In this document: positions 27,809 to 37,536 of the stretch, one piece after another
Position numbering within the stretch: the first letter of the stretch is position 1
How the letters are laid out: each line of letters starts with the position of its first letter
Virus record (IMG/VR): IMGVR_UViG_3300021963_006848
Coordinates: 1 to 64,000 of that record
Direction: 5' to 3' (one strand)
Origin: a virus
DNA: 64,000 bases
Made by a program: the position numbers and the translations under genes
The notes under the pieces: model-generated
Told to the model about the DNA's origin: nothing
Seen by the model: only the letters and a program-made list of their open reading frames with translations
Databases searched by the model: none

Positions 27809-27840
27809 AAAAAAAGAGCCGGAGGTGAGTCCGGCTCCCT
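27809..27840 (-). terminator. intrinsic terminator
   Basis: GAGCCGGA/TCCGGCTC stem plus U tract. Confidence 0.8.
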
Positions 27841-27852
27841 TATATTTACTAA

Positions 27853-28689
27853 CTAGTTAAGCATTGCAGTTGCTAACTTAAACAACTCTTTATTAACTGT
27901 CAAATCCTTTTCGAAAGATTTAATCTTACGAACCTTGCGAACCTTAGCTCCACGAAGAGCAGCACTAAAACCTCCTTGAGTAACTTTCTCTTGGATTACG
28001 TTAAACACTTTCCAAAGATCATCTCCTTCATCAGCTTTACGCTTTGGAGTTAACATATCACGAAGAGTTTCATCATCGTATCCAACTACAGTTCCTTCTG
28101 GAAGCTTACCTGAACGGATAGTCATAGCTTTAAGAGCTAGATCCATCTTCTCTTCGTCAGTTAAGATGCGTTGTTTCATCTTGTTAAGAACTTCTACCTT
28201 ATTAGGTAAGTCGTTAACTGCTTTAGATACTACACCGCGTAGTTCTTCGAAAGTATACCCTGAGTGACGGATACGGAAGTCAGCAAATTGCTCATCTGCA
28301 ACAACCAAGCCATTAGAACATACTAGTCGGAAGATACCAACAGCAAACTGAAAGGAGTTAAAACCATCGTGAGAGTTAGTCAAGATGATTCGAGGAAATG
28401 CATCATCTCCGTCTGCACCTTTGATTTGAATATCAGGGTTTTGGAAAGAGATCATATGCTTAGAGAAGATCGTATTAGATTTATTCTTACGAGCTTTTCT
28501 TTGAGCAGCTGTAACTGGGAACCAGTTCAACTTAGCTAAATCGTCAACAATAGTCTCAGTATTAACGTGTAAATACTTTCCACTAACTTTTGGGTTAGTA
28601 GGAGCTGAAGCGAATGCTAATGGACATACTTTGTTGATGTCTTCTTTTGTCATGAATGTGTCGAGTGACTTGCTGAATTTTTGTAACAT
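27853..28689 (-). CDS. DUF932/DUF945 family protein
   Basis: LTNSHDG, G.FRLVCSNG, RH.G, DLW..FN.IQE. Confidence 0.85.
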   Translation of the reverse strand: MLQKFSKSLDTFMTKEDINKVCPLAFASAPTNPKVSGKYLHVNTETIVDDLAKLNWFPVTAAQRKARKNKSNTIFSKHMISFQNPDIQIKGADGDDAFPRIILTNSHDGFNSFQFAVGIFRLVCSNGLVVADEQFADFRIRHSGYTFEELRGVVSKAVNDLPNKVEVLNKMKQRILTDEEKMDLALKAMTIRSGKLPEGTVVGYDDETLRDMLTPKRKADEGDDLWKVFNVIQEKVTQGGFSAALRGAKVRKVRKIKSFEKDLTVNKELFKLATAMLN

Positions 28690-28757
28690 AACCTATTTTT
28701 TTAAGTGATTGATTAATTATTATACCTTAAGATACGGACTTTGATGCAGAAAAGCAA

Positions 28758-29099
28758 CTAACTCACCTTATTTTTTTTCTGCTTTTTTCCGGAAGGAGGA
28801 TTGAACATTTCCGTCCATTTAGTACCTCCTACAATCATATTGAGTCCTTTACTCTCAACAACTGTGTTAGTACCTTGATGATAAACCGGTCCAAAATAAT
28901 CGTATGTAATCATCGGGATATCTCTATTTGCTCTAGACACATATTCCGGCTCGGTAATACGTCTCTTTCCGTCGAATGATCTGAATTCTGAAGCTGTAGT
29001 TCTATACCAGTTATCTAAATCTGGGTAGTAGACTTCTAATACTCCTGCTGTATTGAATGGGTATTCAATCTTAACTGTATGACCTCTTTTCTCTGACAT
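28758..29099 (-). CDS. hypothetical protein
   Basis: ORF, GGTTATG start. Confidence 0.65.
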   Translation of the reverse strand: MSEKRGHTVKIEYPFNTAGVLEVYYPDLDNWYRTTASEFRSFDGKRRITEPEYVSRANRDIPMITYDYFGPVYHQGTNTVVESKGLNMIVGGTKWTEMFNPPSGKKQKKNKVS

Positions 29100-29103
29100 A
29101 ACC

Positions 29104-29334
29104 TTATTTTAATTTGTAAGAATATAAAGTACCACAATCGTCATCGTCGATATCGTCTTCAACAACCTTGAATCCAAATCCTAACATTTCCTGAAGCTTA
29201 CCTACGTTAACTCGTCTCCAGTATCCAAAGCGAAGGTAAACGCTATTACTTCCGCCCATTACTTGACCGATTTCAAACTCACCAAACTCTGCAGCGATCT
29301 CTGCTACTTTTTTACTACTTAATTTATTCATCAT
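29104..29334 (-). CDS. hypothetical protein
   Basis: AAAGGTTATG start. Confidence 0.65.
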   Translation of the reverse strand: MMNKLSSKKVAEIAAEFGEFEIGQVMGGSNSVYLRFGYWRRVNVGKLQEMLGFGFKVVEDDIDDDDCGTLYSYKLK

Positions 29335-29369
29335 AACCTTTATTTTTTAAATTTTAAATACTTTTGAAA

Positions 29370-29531
29370 TTACGCCTCTAAGGCGTCAATCTTGGCTTCT
29401 AACTTAGCCATTAGAGCTTTAGTGCTCTCTACCATAGAAGACCAACCTTTGGCCTTATACTTCTCCAATCTAATGGAGGCTTCTTCTAACTGAGTTAGAA
29501 GCAATTCGAATTTTAAATCATTCTTATTCAT
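29370..29531 (-). CDS. hypothetical coiled-coil protein (start corrected to 29531)
   Basis: the track start is inside the promoter at 29564-29598. Confidence 0.55.
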   Translation of the reverse strand: MNKNDLKFELLLTQLEEASIRLEKYKAKGWSSMVESTKALMAKLEAKIDALEA

Positions 29532-29627
29532 AACACTTACTAAATTTATATCTCTCATTACTCCATAAAGATACGAACTAGTACGCAGAAAAGCCACTAC
29601 TTTCTAAATTATTTTTCCGGAAAGAAC

Positions 29628-29659
29628 AAAAAAAGACCCCCTAAAAGGAGGCCTCTTTG
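29628..29659 (-). terminator. intrinsic terminator
   Basis: imperfect GC stem plus U tract after 29675-29908. Confidence 0.55.
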
Positions 29660-29674
29660 ATTAATCCGGAATGC

Positions 29675-29908
29675 TTATTTAGCAGCAGTTAACTGAGTTG
29701 TTAACTTACTGATCTTTGTAGCATTGCTCTCTCTGCGATACAACAAACGATAAGCTGCATTAACGATACGGTCGTTGAAACGAACTCCGTTTAATACATT
29801 TGTGATGTGAGAAGTGCTGTAGTTGTTTTCTAATACTTCACTAATACGTGGAACATCACCGTTGCGGCGCTTGCTTGCGATCTTTGAGATCTTTTGTGTG
29901 TAATTCAT
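29675..29908 (-). CDS. small basic protein, possible HTH
   Basis: YSTSHITNVLNG helix pattern. Confidence 0.55.
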   Translation of the reverse strand: MNYTQKISKIASKRRNGDVPRISEVLENNYSTSHITNVLNGVRFNDRIVNAAYRLLYRRESNATKISKLTTQLTAAK

Positions 29909-29950
29909 CTTATAACTGTTTAATTGTTTATATAATTTAATATATGATTA

Positions 29951-30280
29951 TTATTTTTTAGATGCAACTTTTTTCTTGATAACTTTTCCTGCTTTAATTC
30001 CCTCCTGTAGTTGCCAAACATCTATACATTCATCTGCTCTCTCTTCTTTATGGAAAAATGAAAGGACTGTGTCTAGGACGTTATTCCATTCTGCTTGAGG
30101 AACGCTAACTTCATAACAATAATCAGCATCACCGACTGTAATTTTAAATACATCAGCAGAAGTTCTACCCTCTTTGTGAGCTTCTGAAACAGCTTTATAC
30201 ATCTGCTCTACTAACTGAGCGTTATTGGGGTTAAAGATTTCATCTAACTCACTATAATCCTTTACATTTATTTCTAGCAT
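29951..30280 (-). CDS. hypothetical protein
   Basis: ORF. Confidence 0.7.
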   Translation of the reverse strand: MLEINVKDYSELDEIFNPNNAQLVEQMYKAVSEAHKEGRTSADVFKITVGDADYCYEVSVPQAEWNNVLDTVLSFFHKEERADECIDVWQLQEGIKAGKVIKKKVASKK

Positions 30281-30281
30281 C

Positions 30282-30653
30282 TTATCGGATAGATTTTTCT
30301 ATATTAGTTAATAGGCTTACCTCGTTAACGAAAACCTTTCTATCAAATTCTTCCATTTGAGCATGTATAGCATCTCTTACAATAGAAAGAACTTCACTTC
30401 CAAATTCACTACTATATACATGGTTGTAGTTGAACTTAGTATTAGTAATTGTAACTTCAAAATCTGTAACTTTCATATAATAATGAAGCTTTTCGTTAGA
30501 TAGGTAGTAAACATTACTCATTGGGTTACAGACTAAATCTACATCTGTACTGTTAGCCATTTTCTGTACTACCTCTAGAAGCTTAGCTTCCTTATCATTA
30601 TAGATACGTTTTCTCTTAAAGAACTTTTCGATTTTTTGGAAAATGTCGATCAT
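30282..30653 (-). CDS. hypothetical protein
   Basis: AAAGGTTATG start. Confidence 0.7.
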   Translation of the reverse strand: MIDIFQKIEKFFKRKRIYNDKEAKLLEVVQKMANSTDVDLVCNPMSNVYYLSNEKLHYYMKVTDFEVTITNTKFNYNHVYSSEFGSEVLSIVRDAIHAQMEEFDRKVFVNEVSLLTNIEKSIR

Positions 30654-30668
30654 AACCTTTTGTTTTTT

Positions 30669-31223
30669 TTAGTTGAATTTAGATTTAAGTTGTTCATTTT
30701 TAATTAAGTTCTGTACTTTTTCTACGTAAGCAATATCTTCCGCATAGAATTTAGATAAGAACTGGTAATACTCTCTTTCTGTTCTGATATCCTTTAAGTA
30801 ACTAGAATAATAAAGAGCATAATCCATTAGAGATTCAGTCCAATTATCATAGGAAGCATATCCATGTTCTTCTCCTGTAGCTAAAGTTAATCTAGAAGCC
30901 GGTAACTTCATACCAAACATATTATTATTCTGCTTGAATAAGTATGAGCGGAAATTATTGGATTCTAATTTAGCTTGTGCTAAAACAATATGAGGGAATC
31001 TAAAGTTTAGGCCTGCAATCTCTTCTACTAACCTGTCTTCTGAAAATTTATTTATTTCTTGTAAGACGATTAACTTTTGCTCTTCTGGAATCTTAGCTTC
31101 TTGTTTAACAGTATAGCCGAAGACACCAGTTATAATAGCAGTAGCGATTATAGGACGGGCTAATAATTTGAGTTTACTTGTTTTCTCAAAATTTAAAGAA
31201 TTTTTGTTGAACTTGTATATCAT
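30669..31223 (-). CDS. membrane-anchored glucosaminidase (GH73-like)
   Basis: LAQAKLES, NNMFGMK, YASY...ES..DY, YAED..Y. Confidence 0.8.
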   Translation of the reverse strand: MIYKFNKNSLNFEKTSKLKLLARPIIATAIITGVFGYTVKQEAKIPEEQKLIVLQEINKFSEDRLVEEIAGLNFRFPHIVLAQAKLESNNFRSYLFKQNNNMFGMKLPASRLTLATGEEHGYASYDNWTESLMDYALYYSSYLKDIRTEREYYQFLSKFYAEDIAYVEKVQNLIKNEQLKSKFN

Positions 31224-31273
31224 AATTATTTTATTTAGTTAATAAATGTACGAACTTTTCTACTAAATTCCAA

Positions 31274-31429
31274 CTAGAATAGTTTAAAAAAGTCCGTCTT
31301 GATATTTTTCTCTCGTAACTTTTCGTTACGTTCATGTAACTTAATTAAATCATCTGCTACCTTTCTTTCTAAAGGTTTAGGTCTTTTACCTTTTAATTTA
31401 GGTTTTCCTTTTTTTGATTGTTCTTCCAT
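31274..31429 (-). CDS. 51-aa basic protein, not in the track (MEEQSKKGKPKLKGKRPKP...)
   Basis: hand translation; TATTTAT motif just upstream. Confidence 0.5.
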   Translation of the reverse strand: MEEQSKKGKPKLKGKRPKPLERKVADDLIKLHERNEKLREKNIKTDFFKLF

Positions 31430-31440
31430 GTACATAAATA

Positions 31441-32079
31441 TTACTGGCGAGTGATATACTCATGACCTATTGGCTTCTCTTCTTCTTCTTTATAAAGTCC
31501 AAGTGATTTTAAATGCTCTAGATGGTACTCGTCTAACTCCCATCCAAACTCTTCCTTAGTCGGTACATAATCTTCCATTCCATCTACCTGAGCATCTGTA
31601 ATAGGTGATGCAGCATATAAGAATGAACAATTATAGCATAAGAATTCTAGATTGTCTAGGTGATAGTTTCTCTGGTTACCGTCTTTATGATTAAGTATCA
31701 AAGGTATTTTATTATCTATTACTCTTCGTTCACTGAAGTCACATTTATTACATTTCTCTTCAATCAAAGCTTCAAAGATAATTCTCTGCTTAATCTTCTT
31801 AGCATCAAAATGCTCTACAGGAATACGTCCTTCTATTAAATCCATTAATGGTGGTTCCTTACCTCCATTACCTAAAAATTTAGGAATACCTTTACCTGAT
31901 TGGTTTAAGTGAGCCTCTAACAAAGTCATACCTGTAGCTTCATCTTTATAAAGCTTAGCATACTTTTTGTAATGATTATAGGAAACATGAAGATACCTAG
32001 CTGCAGCTCGATTAGATCGAGTCATTTTCATTGCACGTAGTAAATCTTCTTTAGATAATATCTTTGATGGTCTTGCCAT
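31441..32079 (-). CDS. HTH plus HNH-like nuclease-domain protein
   Basis: AAARYLHVS; CNKC...LNHKDGN..N...NL..LCYNC. Confidence 0.7.
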   Translation of the reverse strand: MARPSKILSKEDLLRAMKMTRSNRAAARYLHVSYNHYKKYAKLYKDEATGMTLLEAHLNQSGKGIPKFLGNGGKEPPLMDLIEGRIPVEHFDAKKIKQRIIFEALIEEKCNKCDFSERRVIDNKIPLILNHKDGNQRNYHLDNLEFLCYNCSFLYAASPITDAQVDGMEDYVPTKEEFGWELDEYHLEHLKSLGLYKEEEEKPIGHEYITRQ

Positions 32080-32080
32080 A

Positions 32081-32497
32081 TTAATCGTCTAATATATCAT
32101 CACCTTCTTCTTCCTCCTCTTCTACAGAGTCGTAATCAGCGTCGTAGACAAACTTAGACTGGTCATCCATTTCTTCATCGTCTATTAAACGTTTTATTAT
32201 AGGTGTTGCTGATTGGGATACTGGGCTTTCATCTGTATCAAAATCTAGTACTTCTATCTCGCCTACTACTTTTCTTCCTAAAGCATTTGCCTCTAGTTCT
32301 AGAATTCTTTGAGCTTGATCTTGTGTAATAATTTCCGTATCTGTCCAGATATCATCTCCAGTCCCAAATGTAATAGTTCGTGCCATTAAAGGTTTTTCTG
32401 TTGAACAATTAACACAGAAGTTGTATCCGTATTTTTCTTTTCTCAACTTAGGCATTGGGGAATTGCACTTGGTGCAGGTAATCATTTCTAATTGCAT
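32081..32497 (-). CDS. DksA/TraR-like zinc finger with acidic tail
   Basis: CTKC..PMP.LR......CVNCS; paralog of 879-1112. Confidence 0.55.
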   Translation of the reverse strand: MQLEMITCTKCNSPMPKLRKEKYGYNFCVNCSTEKPLMARTITFGTGDDIWTDTEIITQDQAQRILELEANALGRKVVGEIEVLDFDTDESPVSQSATPIIKRLIDDEEMDDQSKFVYDADYDSVEEEEEEGDDILDD

Positions 32498-32577
32498 ATT
32501 ATAACCGTTTTAAATTAATGTTCATAAAGATATGAATAATAAATTTCAAAAGCCACTACTTTATAAAAAGAATTTCC

Positions 32578-32769
32578 CTATTGGGTAGGGCCGAATTTCT
32601 TTTGAACGTATTTTGCTTTTAATTTTTCAGCTCTTTTCTTAACTGATGGTTTTACAAATTCCTGACGTTCTCTCAGCTCTTTTACTATACCTATTTTATT
32701 ATGTTTTTGCTTATAGGCTTTTAATGCTTGATCGAGGGATTTGTACTTTTTTAAATCTATTGAAATCAT
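32578..32769 (-). CDS. rpsU: ribosomal protein bS21
   Basis: SLDQALKAYK, ELRERQEFVKPSVKKR. Confidence 0.9.
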   Translation of the reverse strand: MISIDLKKYKSLDQALKAYKQKHNKIGIVKELRERQEFVKPSVKKRAEKLKAKYVQKKFGPTQ

Positions 32770-32999
32770 TTTATTAAAATTTACAGAACTTTTATTAAGG
32801 TCTAAAGAATCTTATATTTTTTTATTACTTAATGGATTATTAACAATAGTTATATTAAAATAATTATAATATGTTAAATTTAATACTCTCTATTTTCTTT
32901 ATCTGTTCTTCTTTCGGTTATGCTATAGCTAAAACCACTCCTCCTATTGGAACGAAAAAACAAAGACAGCATCAAGCTCCTTTGTCTTTAGATAAGGAA

Positions 33000-33413
33000 T
33001 TATTTTAGAAGCTCAATTACATTCCAAACCTGTTCTGGAGTTCTGAAATCGAAGACTTGTTGTTGAACTTCTCCGTTACCTATCTTTAAGTCTAGTTGCA
33101 ACTTTCCATCCCACTCTGCATCGTGTACTAAGTCGAACAAATAGAGGTTTATTAAAGTTAGTTGCTGCTTATTAAATATCATTTTGAAGAGATTTTCTAT
33201 TACTTGTATGAACTTCTCTTCATACACTGTTGGATCTAATCCAATCTCCTCCTCCATAAAGTCTCTCCTATCTTCTATTTCTCTTAAAATAGTCAAGGTT
33301 TCCATAAACAGCTTCTTATTCATAAGGTCTCTATCTTGTTCTTTAAGCTTGAGCTTAAAATTAACTTTTAAATAATTCTTTACAATTGATCTTATTGCAG
33401 TTTTCTCATTCAT
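33000..33413 (-). CDS. hypothetical protein
   Basis: ORF. Confidence 0.7.
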   Translation of the reverse strand: MNEKTAIRSIVKNYLKVNFKLKLKEQDRDLMNKKLFMETLTILREIEDRRDFMEEEIGLDPTVYEEKFIQVIENLFKMIFNKQQLTLINLYLFDLVHDAEWDGKLQLDLKIGNGEVQQQVFDFRTPEQVWNVIELLK

Positions 33414-33453
33414 GTTTAATCAATTTAAAGTAACTTATTCTAATTACCTACTC

Positions 33454-33837
33454 TTAAGCTGTTAGCTTATCCTCTGGTGCTTCTTCTGGAGCAGCGGTTC
33501 CTGGGTTCTGTCCAGATAATGCTTGACGTACAATCTTATCAATATACTCTATGTAGATAAAGAAACCTACAATAGTCTTATCCTTTAAGTTACGGTCTCT
33601 CTCTACTCTCATACCAAACTCTGCTAGACCTTTTTCAAGTCTTTCTTCTAGTTCAATAGCAATATCATTTTGCTCTGTCGGAGTGATAGCTCCAAACTGA
33701 GTAGGTAGGAACTGCACCTTAATACCTTTCTTTTGAGGATCTTCGTTTACGTCTACCTTTAGAATAAAAGAATGTCCAGCAAAGTTTACTTTTGCTGCTT
33801 CACTTATTACTTGTTTAATTTCTTTAATATACTTCAT
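33454..33837 (-). CDS. hypothetical protein
   Basis: ORF with an upstream TATTTAT motif. Confidence 0.7.
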   Translation of the reverse strand: MKYIKEIKQVISEAAKVNFAGHSFILKVDVNEDPQKKGIKVQFLPTQFGAITPTEQNDIAIELEERLEKGLAEFGMRVERDRNLKDKTIVGFFIYIEYIDKIVRQALSGQNPGTAAPEEAPEDKLTA

Positions 33838-33874
33838 AGTGTCTGAAATGTTTTCAATTATGTAAATAAATAGC

Positions 33875-35062
33875 TTAGGATACTTGTATTAGAGAATTTT
33901 GAGACTCAACTAATCGTAAGATTGTTACTGTTAAGTTACCTAACTTAAACTTGCCGTTATGCCCTTGTTCTTTCATTATTTCTGGAAGTATTTGAAGAGC
34001 TTGATAGTCTTGGTTAGTAAAGGCTTTGCCGTCTATCTCTACTACAATATCATCATAGTCAAATGGATTTTGATAACCTAATGTAAAGACTCTCTTATGT
34101 AAATCATAGCTAGTTCTCTTATGTTCATATTCATAATAAGATGCAAATAATACTCCCATCTCATCATCTATGTAAATTCTATCGCACCAAGGTTCTAAAG
34201 TATCTAATAACTTTAAATTACAGCTCTTAACTGCATAGGCAATGTTGTACTTAGGGCTAACGATTGGCTTCATTAGCGACGTGTGATTAACGTTAGACCC
34301 CCATTTGCGAATGAACTCTCTAGTAGAATTATTCATAAGCTGTTGCCATTCTTCGTCTTTCTTTTCTCCTACACTTCCATGTTGGAATTGTCCTCCTCTT
34401 CCTGTAAAGTGGTATACTAAGCTAGACCAAGGCTGTATAAAGCTGAATCCGGCTAAAAGCATTCTATTGAAGATATCTGAATCTTCTCTGGCTGATTTTA
34501 GAATAGGATCATGTCCTCCTAATGTTGAGAAATCTTCTTTATACATCATCCATGGAGCAAAAATACCTTCTGTTACTTCGCTTGAATTATTCTCTCTAGC
34601 TACGAATGTATTAAAAGCTTCTTCTTTAAACTCTTCTGGCCATACTCCAAAGTCCATCAGAATCTTTTCTCCTGCGTTTGGGTGTAGAGGTGGTTCAATT
34701 CGAGTAGAACAAACTACTGTCTTCTTTTGTAACTGATTCCATGCTTGTAGGTCTGCGTTTTTTCCTAATATCATATCAGCATGGAATATCATAAAAGCAG
34801 CTGTTGTGCTCTTATCTATACAGTAGTCATATGCTTTCCCTATACCGTAGAGTTCTTTACCTAGTTTAGGATTTACAAAATAGGTTATTTCGTATTTATC
34901 TTTATTTTCACGCAACCATTCAACTGTACCGTCGTTGTCTGAATCTACAAATACAATTATATCGTGATCTGGTCTAAATGCATTCTTCCTAATAGAAGGT
35001 ATACAGGTCTTTAAGTACCTTAAGTTATTCTTACTAGGGATGCAAAATGTTATTTTTTCCAT
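33875..35062 (-). CDS. glycosyltransferase family 2
   Basis: CIPSKN, D...DGT, HAD, GG.D, EDSD. Confidence 0.85.
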   Translation of the reverse strand: MEKITFCIPSKNNLRYLKTCIPSIRKNAFRPDHDIIVFVDSDNDGTVEWLRENKDKYEITYFVNPKLGKELYGIGKAYDYCIDKSTTAAFMIFHADMILGKNADLQAWNQLQKKTVVCSTRIEPPLHPNAGEKILMDFGVWPEEFKEEAFNTFVARENNSSEVTEGIFAPWMMYKEDFSTLGGHDPILKSAREDSDIFNRMLLAGFSFIQPWSSLVYHFTGRGGQFQHGSVGEKKDEEWQQLMNNSTREFIRKWGSNVNHTSLMKPIVSPKYNIAYAVKSCNLKLLDTLEPWCDRIYIDDEMGVLFASYYEYEHKRTSYDLHKRVFTLGYQNPFDYDDIVVEIDGKAFTNQDYQALQILPEIMKEQGHNGKFKLGNLTVTILRLVESQNSLIQVS

Positions 35063-35892
35063 TATTTTATTCCATTTACCATTCCGTAAGCATCAAAGGT
35101 TGGAAGACCGTTCCACTTACTATAAAATTTTCTTACGTTTTCTGCTTCAGCTCTTTTTTGTCTCTCTGAAGATTGACCTCCATTCTCTTCTAATCGATGG
35201 CTTCCTCTTGCTCCAAAATGCCATACTACAGATTTAGAAGGCATTACAAACTCTACCCCTACTTGCTTCATTCTTAAAAATAAATCCATATCATCCCAGC
35301 TAGTAGGAGCAAATAGAGGATCATTTCCTCCAACCTCGTCCCATACAGCCTTCTTAACTAACCCCGATACTCCTTCTCCTTTTGGTATCTGGAAGTCATT
35401 AAGTAAAGCAAATTCTTTAGCATATTCTTCTAATCTTTCTTTGTCGAAATCGTTTGCGAAAGCGCCAAAATCAGATGGATCAACTAACAATGTTCCCCAA
35501 CGAGTTGGAGAGTTAAACATATTAGGTTCTATTCTAAAAGAATTAACCCATAATTTTTTATCAGGATTAGCTTCATGTACTTTCATTAATTCTAAATCCC
35601 AATTCTCTGTAACATAGAAGTCTGAGTGAAGGAAGTTAATATACTCTGTTTCACATTTCTCAGCGATAAAATTCATTCCCTGTCCTAACCCAGAAGGCTC
35701 TAAGTCTTTTATATAGACTGTTAGGTTGTACTTTACTCCATTATCTGCTAACCATTGGTAAGTTCCATCTGTACAATTCTCTGCATGAATAATAAATGGA
35801 GCGTCTTTGTAGTAGCTATTCTTCCTAACAGATTCAACTGCTAGTTTTAAGTACGGTAGATTGTTGTAAGTACTAATACAATGTGTTAACAT
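35062..35892 (-). CDS. glycosyltransferase family 2
   Basis: ISTYNN, TDGT, HSD, VGG.D, DDMD. Confidence 0.85.
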   Translation of the reverse strand: MLTHCISTYNNLPYLKLAVESVRKNSYYKDAPFIIHAENCTDGTYQWLADNGVKYNLTVYIKDLEPSGLGQGMNFIAEKCETEYINFLHSDFYVTENWDLELMKVHEANPDKKLWVNSFRIEPNMFNSPTRWGTLLVDPSDFGAFANDFDKERLEEYAKEFALLNDFQIPKGEGVSGLVKKAVWDEVGGNDPLFAPTSWDDMDLFLRMKQVGVEFVMPSKSVVWHFGARGSHRLEENGGQSSERQKRAEAENVRKFYSKWNGLPTFDAYGMVNGIK

Positions 35893-36665
35893 AGTGATTC
35901 TTTTTTCCAGTCAATAAAATATGCCATCCATTTTTCTTCTGCATGAGTTGAATATGCAGTAATCGGGCTTAATAACTTCTTTCCTTTTTTGGCTAGCATT
36001 TTAAAATTAGCACCACCCATTGGTAGAGGCTGCCCTGCATGTAGTTTAAAAAAATCGTCATAATCTTCAACTACGTTCTTAGCTGTAGTAGCCCACGTCA
36101 TTGTAGTACTATCTACTGTTCGCCAATGTGTTGACTTACTTATGTAGATGGTATCTTGTTTACCAACATTATAGATTACTCCTGGTTTTCTAATACCGTT
36201 TTCTTCTACGTCTACCATTTCATGTCCCCATTCGTATCTAGGATCTTTTAAATTCTGATACTTATCTGGATGGTCATAAAGTGTTACATAATCTGCTTTT
36301 AGATCTTCAAAAGCTTCCATTAAGATCTCGTAAGCACCTCTTCTATGTAAGTAATCATCTTCTAGAAAATAGAAGATAGTATCCTCAGGTGCTAATCCTT
36401 CTTTTATTATGTTGTAAGCTAAATCTATACTAGCTAAAAATGAACCGGTGTTGCCGTTATTAGTAAGGTAGATATTCTCTTCTTGAACATACTTCCTGAC
36501 CATATCGTGAGTTTCTTCCGTAACATTATCACACAGTATTATCAGATTCTTATTTGTAAACTCTCGTACATAGACCCTTAAACAGTCTTCCTTACTTGCG
36601 TAATCAGGTTTTACTTTTTCTGGATTACTGTAATCGCTAATTCTATATATTGTTACTAGATTCAT
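35886..36665 (-). CDS. GT-A-fold glycosyltransferase-like protein
   Basis: YFLEDDYLH. Confidence 0.7.
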   Translation of the reverse strand: MNLVTIYRISDYSNPEKVKPDYASKEDCLRVYVREFTNKNLIILCDNVTEETHDMVRKYVQEENIYLTNNGNTGSFLASIDLAYNIIKEGLAPEDTIFYFLEDDYLHRRGAYEILMEAFEDLKADYVTLYDHPDKYQNLKDPRYEWGHEMVDVEENGIRKPGVIYNVGKQDTIYISKSTHWRTVDSTTMTWATTAKNVVEDYDDFFKLHAGQPLPMGGANFKMLAKKGKKLLSPITAYSTHAEEKWMAYFIDWKKESLC

Positions 36666-37536
36666 ATACCTGTCTTAAAAATGTTATCATTGCTTCTTCA
36701 CTCTTCTTTGCATATTCTTTAAACAGCTCGTCATTTCGAGTAGCTGAAGTATTTGCTCTCTTCTTTGGATGCCAGTAGTTATGTCCTTTTAGTCTTGTAG
36801 TTACGCAAATCTGAGGTATTAATTTGGCTTTGAAAAAATTCTCTGCACAAGTATCTTCTCTTACAAAATGCATATCCGCAGGTATCCAAGGATAAGGAAC
36901 TCCTTTAGAAATACAAAGAAGAGCTCCGTCTATTTTTAGCGGTACTTGCTGTAACACTATGTCGCTCTCTTGATTAAACCTATCTAATTGATCTTGTGTT
37001 ATTACGTCTTTATATTTCAATGGCGACTTTAATAATTCAATACAATCTGCTCTATGTTCTGTTCCGCATTTACACGGTTTACTATATCCTTGTAAATTAT
37101 TATGCGTTACAATATCCCAGCTATCATCCCACATTGGTCTAGAAGCAAAGGTTAGTAAGTGAGGAGTATCTATCTCAGTTTGCTGTAGTATATAAAAGAA
37201 ATCTACAGGAAGAAGCGTATCTGTTTCTCCCCAAACTGTATACTTAGCTGCAGGGTTGTATATCTCTCGTCTCCAATCGGCTATATTATAGAAAGCTGAT
37301 CTGTTATCTTTCTCCCAGATCTCAACTCTACTCATTAGAGGATGGTCTATAAACTTTGCTACCATCTCATCTACAGTTACCTCTTGTGGTTGTTCTAAAT
37401 AAGTCTGTTTATTGATACAAAACTTTAAACGTACATCTAAACCTGGTGCTTGTTCTAAAGCAGCTTGTATAGAGTCTAGAGTTTCGTTAACCATCTCTGC
37501 TTCGTACCACATTATATGCATTTGGAATAGTATCAT
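36643..37536 (-). CDS. GT-like hypothetical protein
   Basis: WGETD, REDT; cluster context. Confidence 0.5.
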   Translation of the reverse strand: MILFQMHIMWYEAEMVNETLDSIQAALEQAPGLDVRLKFCINKQTYLEQPQEVTVDEMVAKFIDHPLMSRVEIWEKDNRSAFYNIADWRREIYNPAAKYTVWGETDTLLPVDFFYILQQTEIDTPHLLTFASRPMWDDSWDIVTHNNLQGYSKPCKCGTEHRADCIELLKSPLKYKDVITQDQLDRFNQESDIVLQQVPLKIDGALLCISKGVPYPWIPADMHFVREDTCAENFFKAKLIPQICVTTRLKGHNYWHPKKRANTSATRNDELFKEYAKKSEEAMITFLRQVYESSNNI

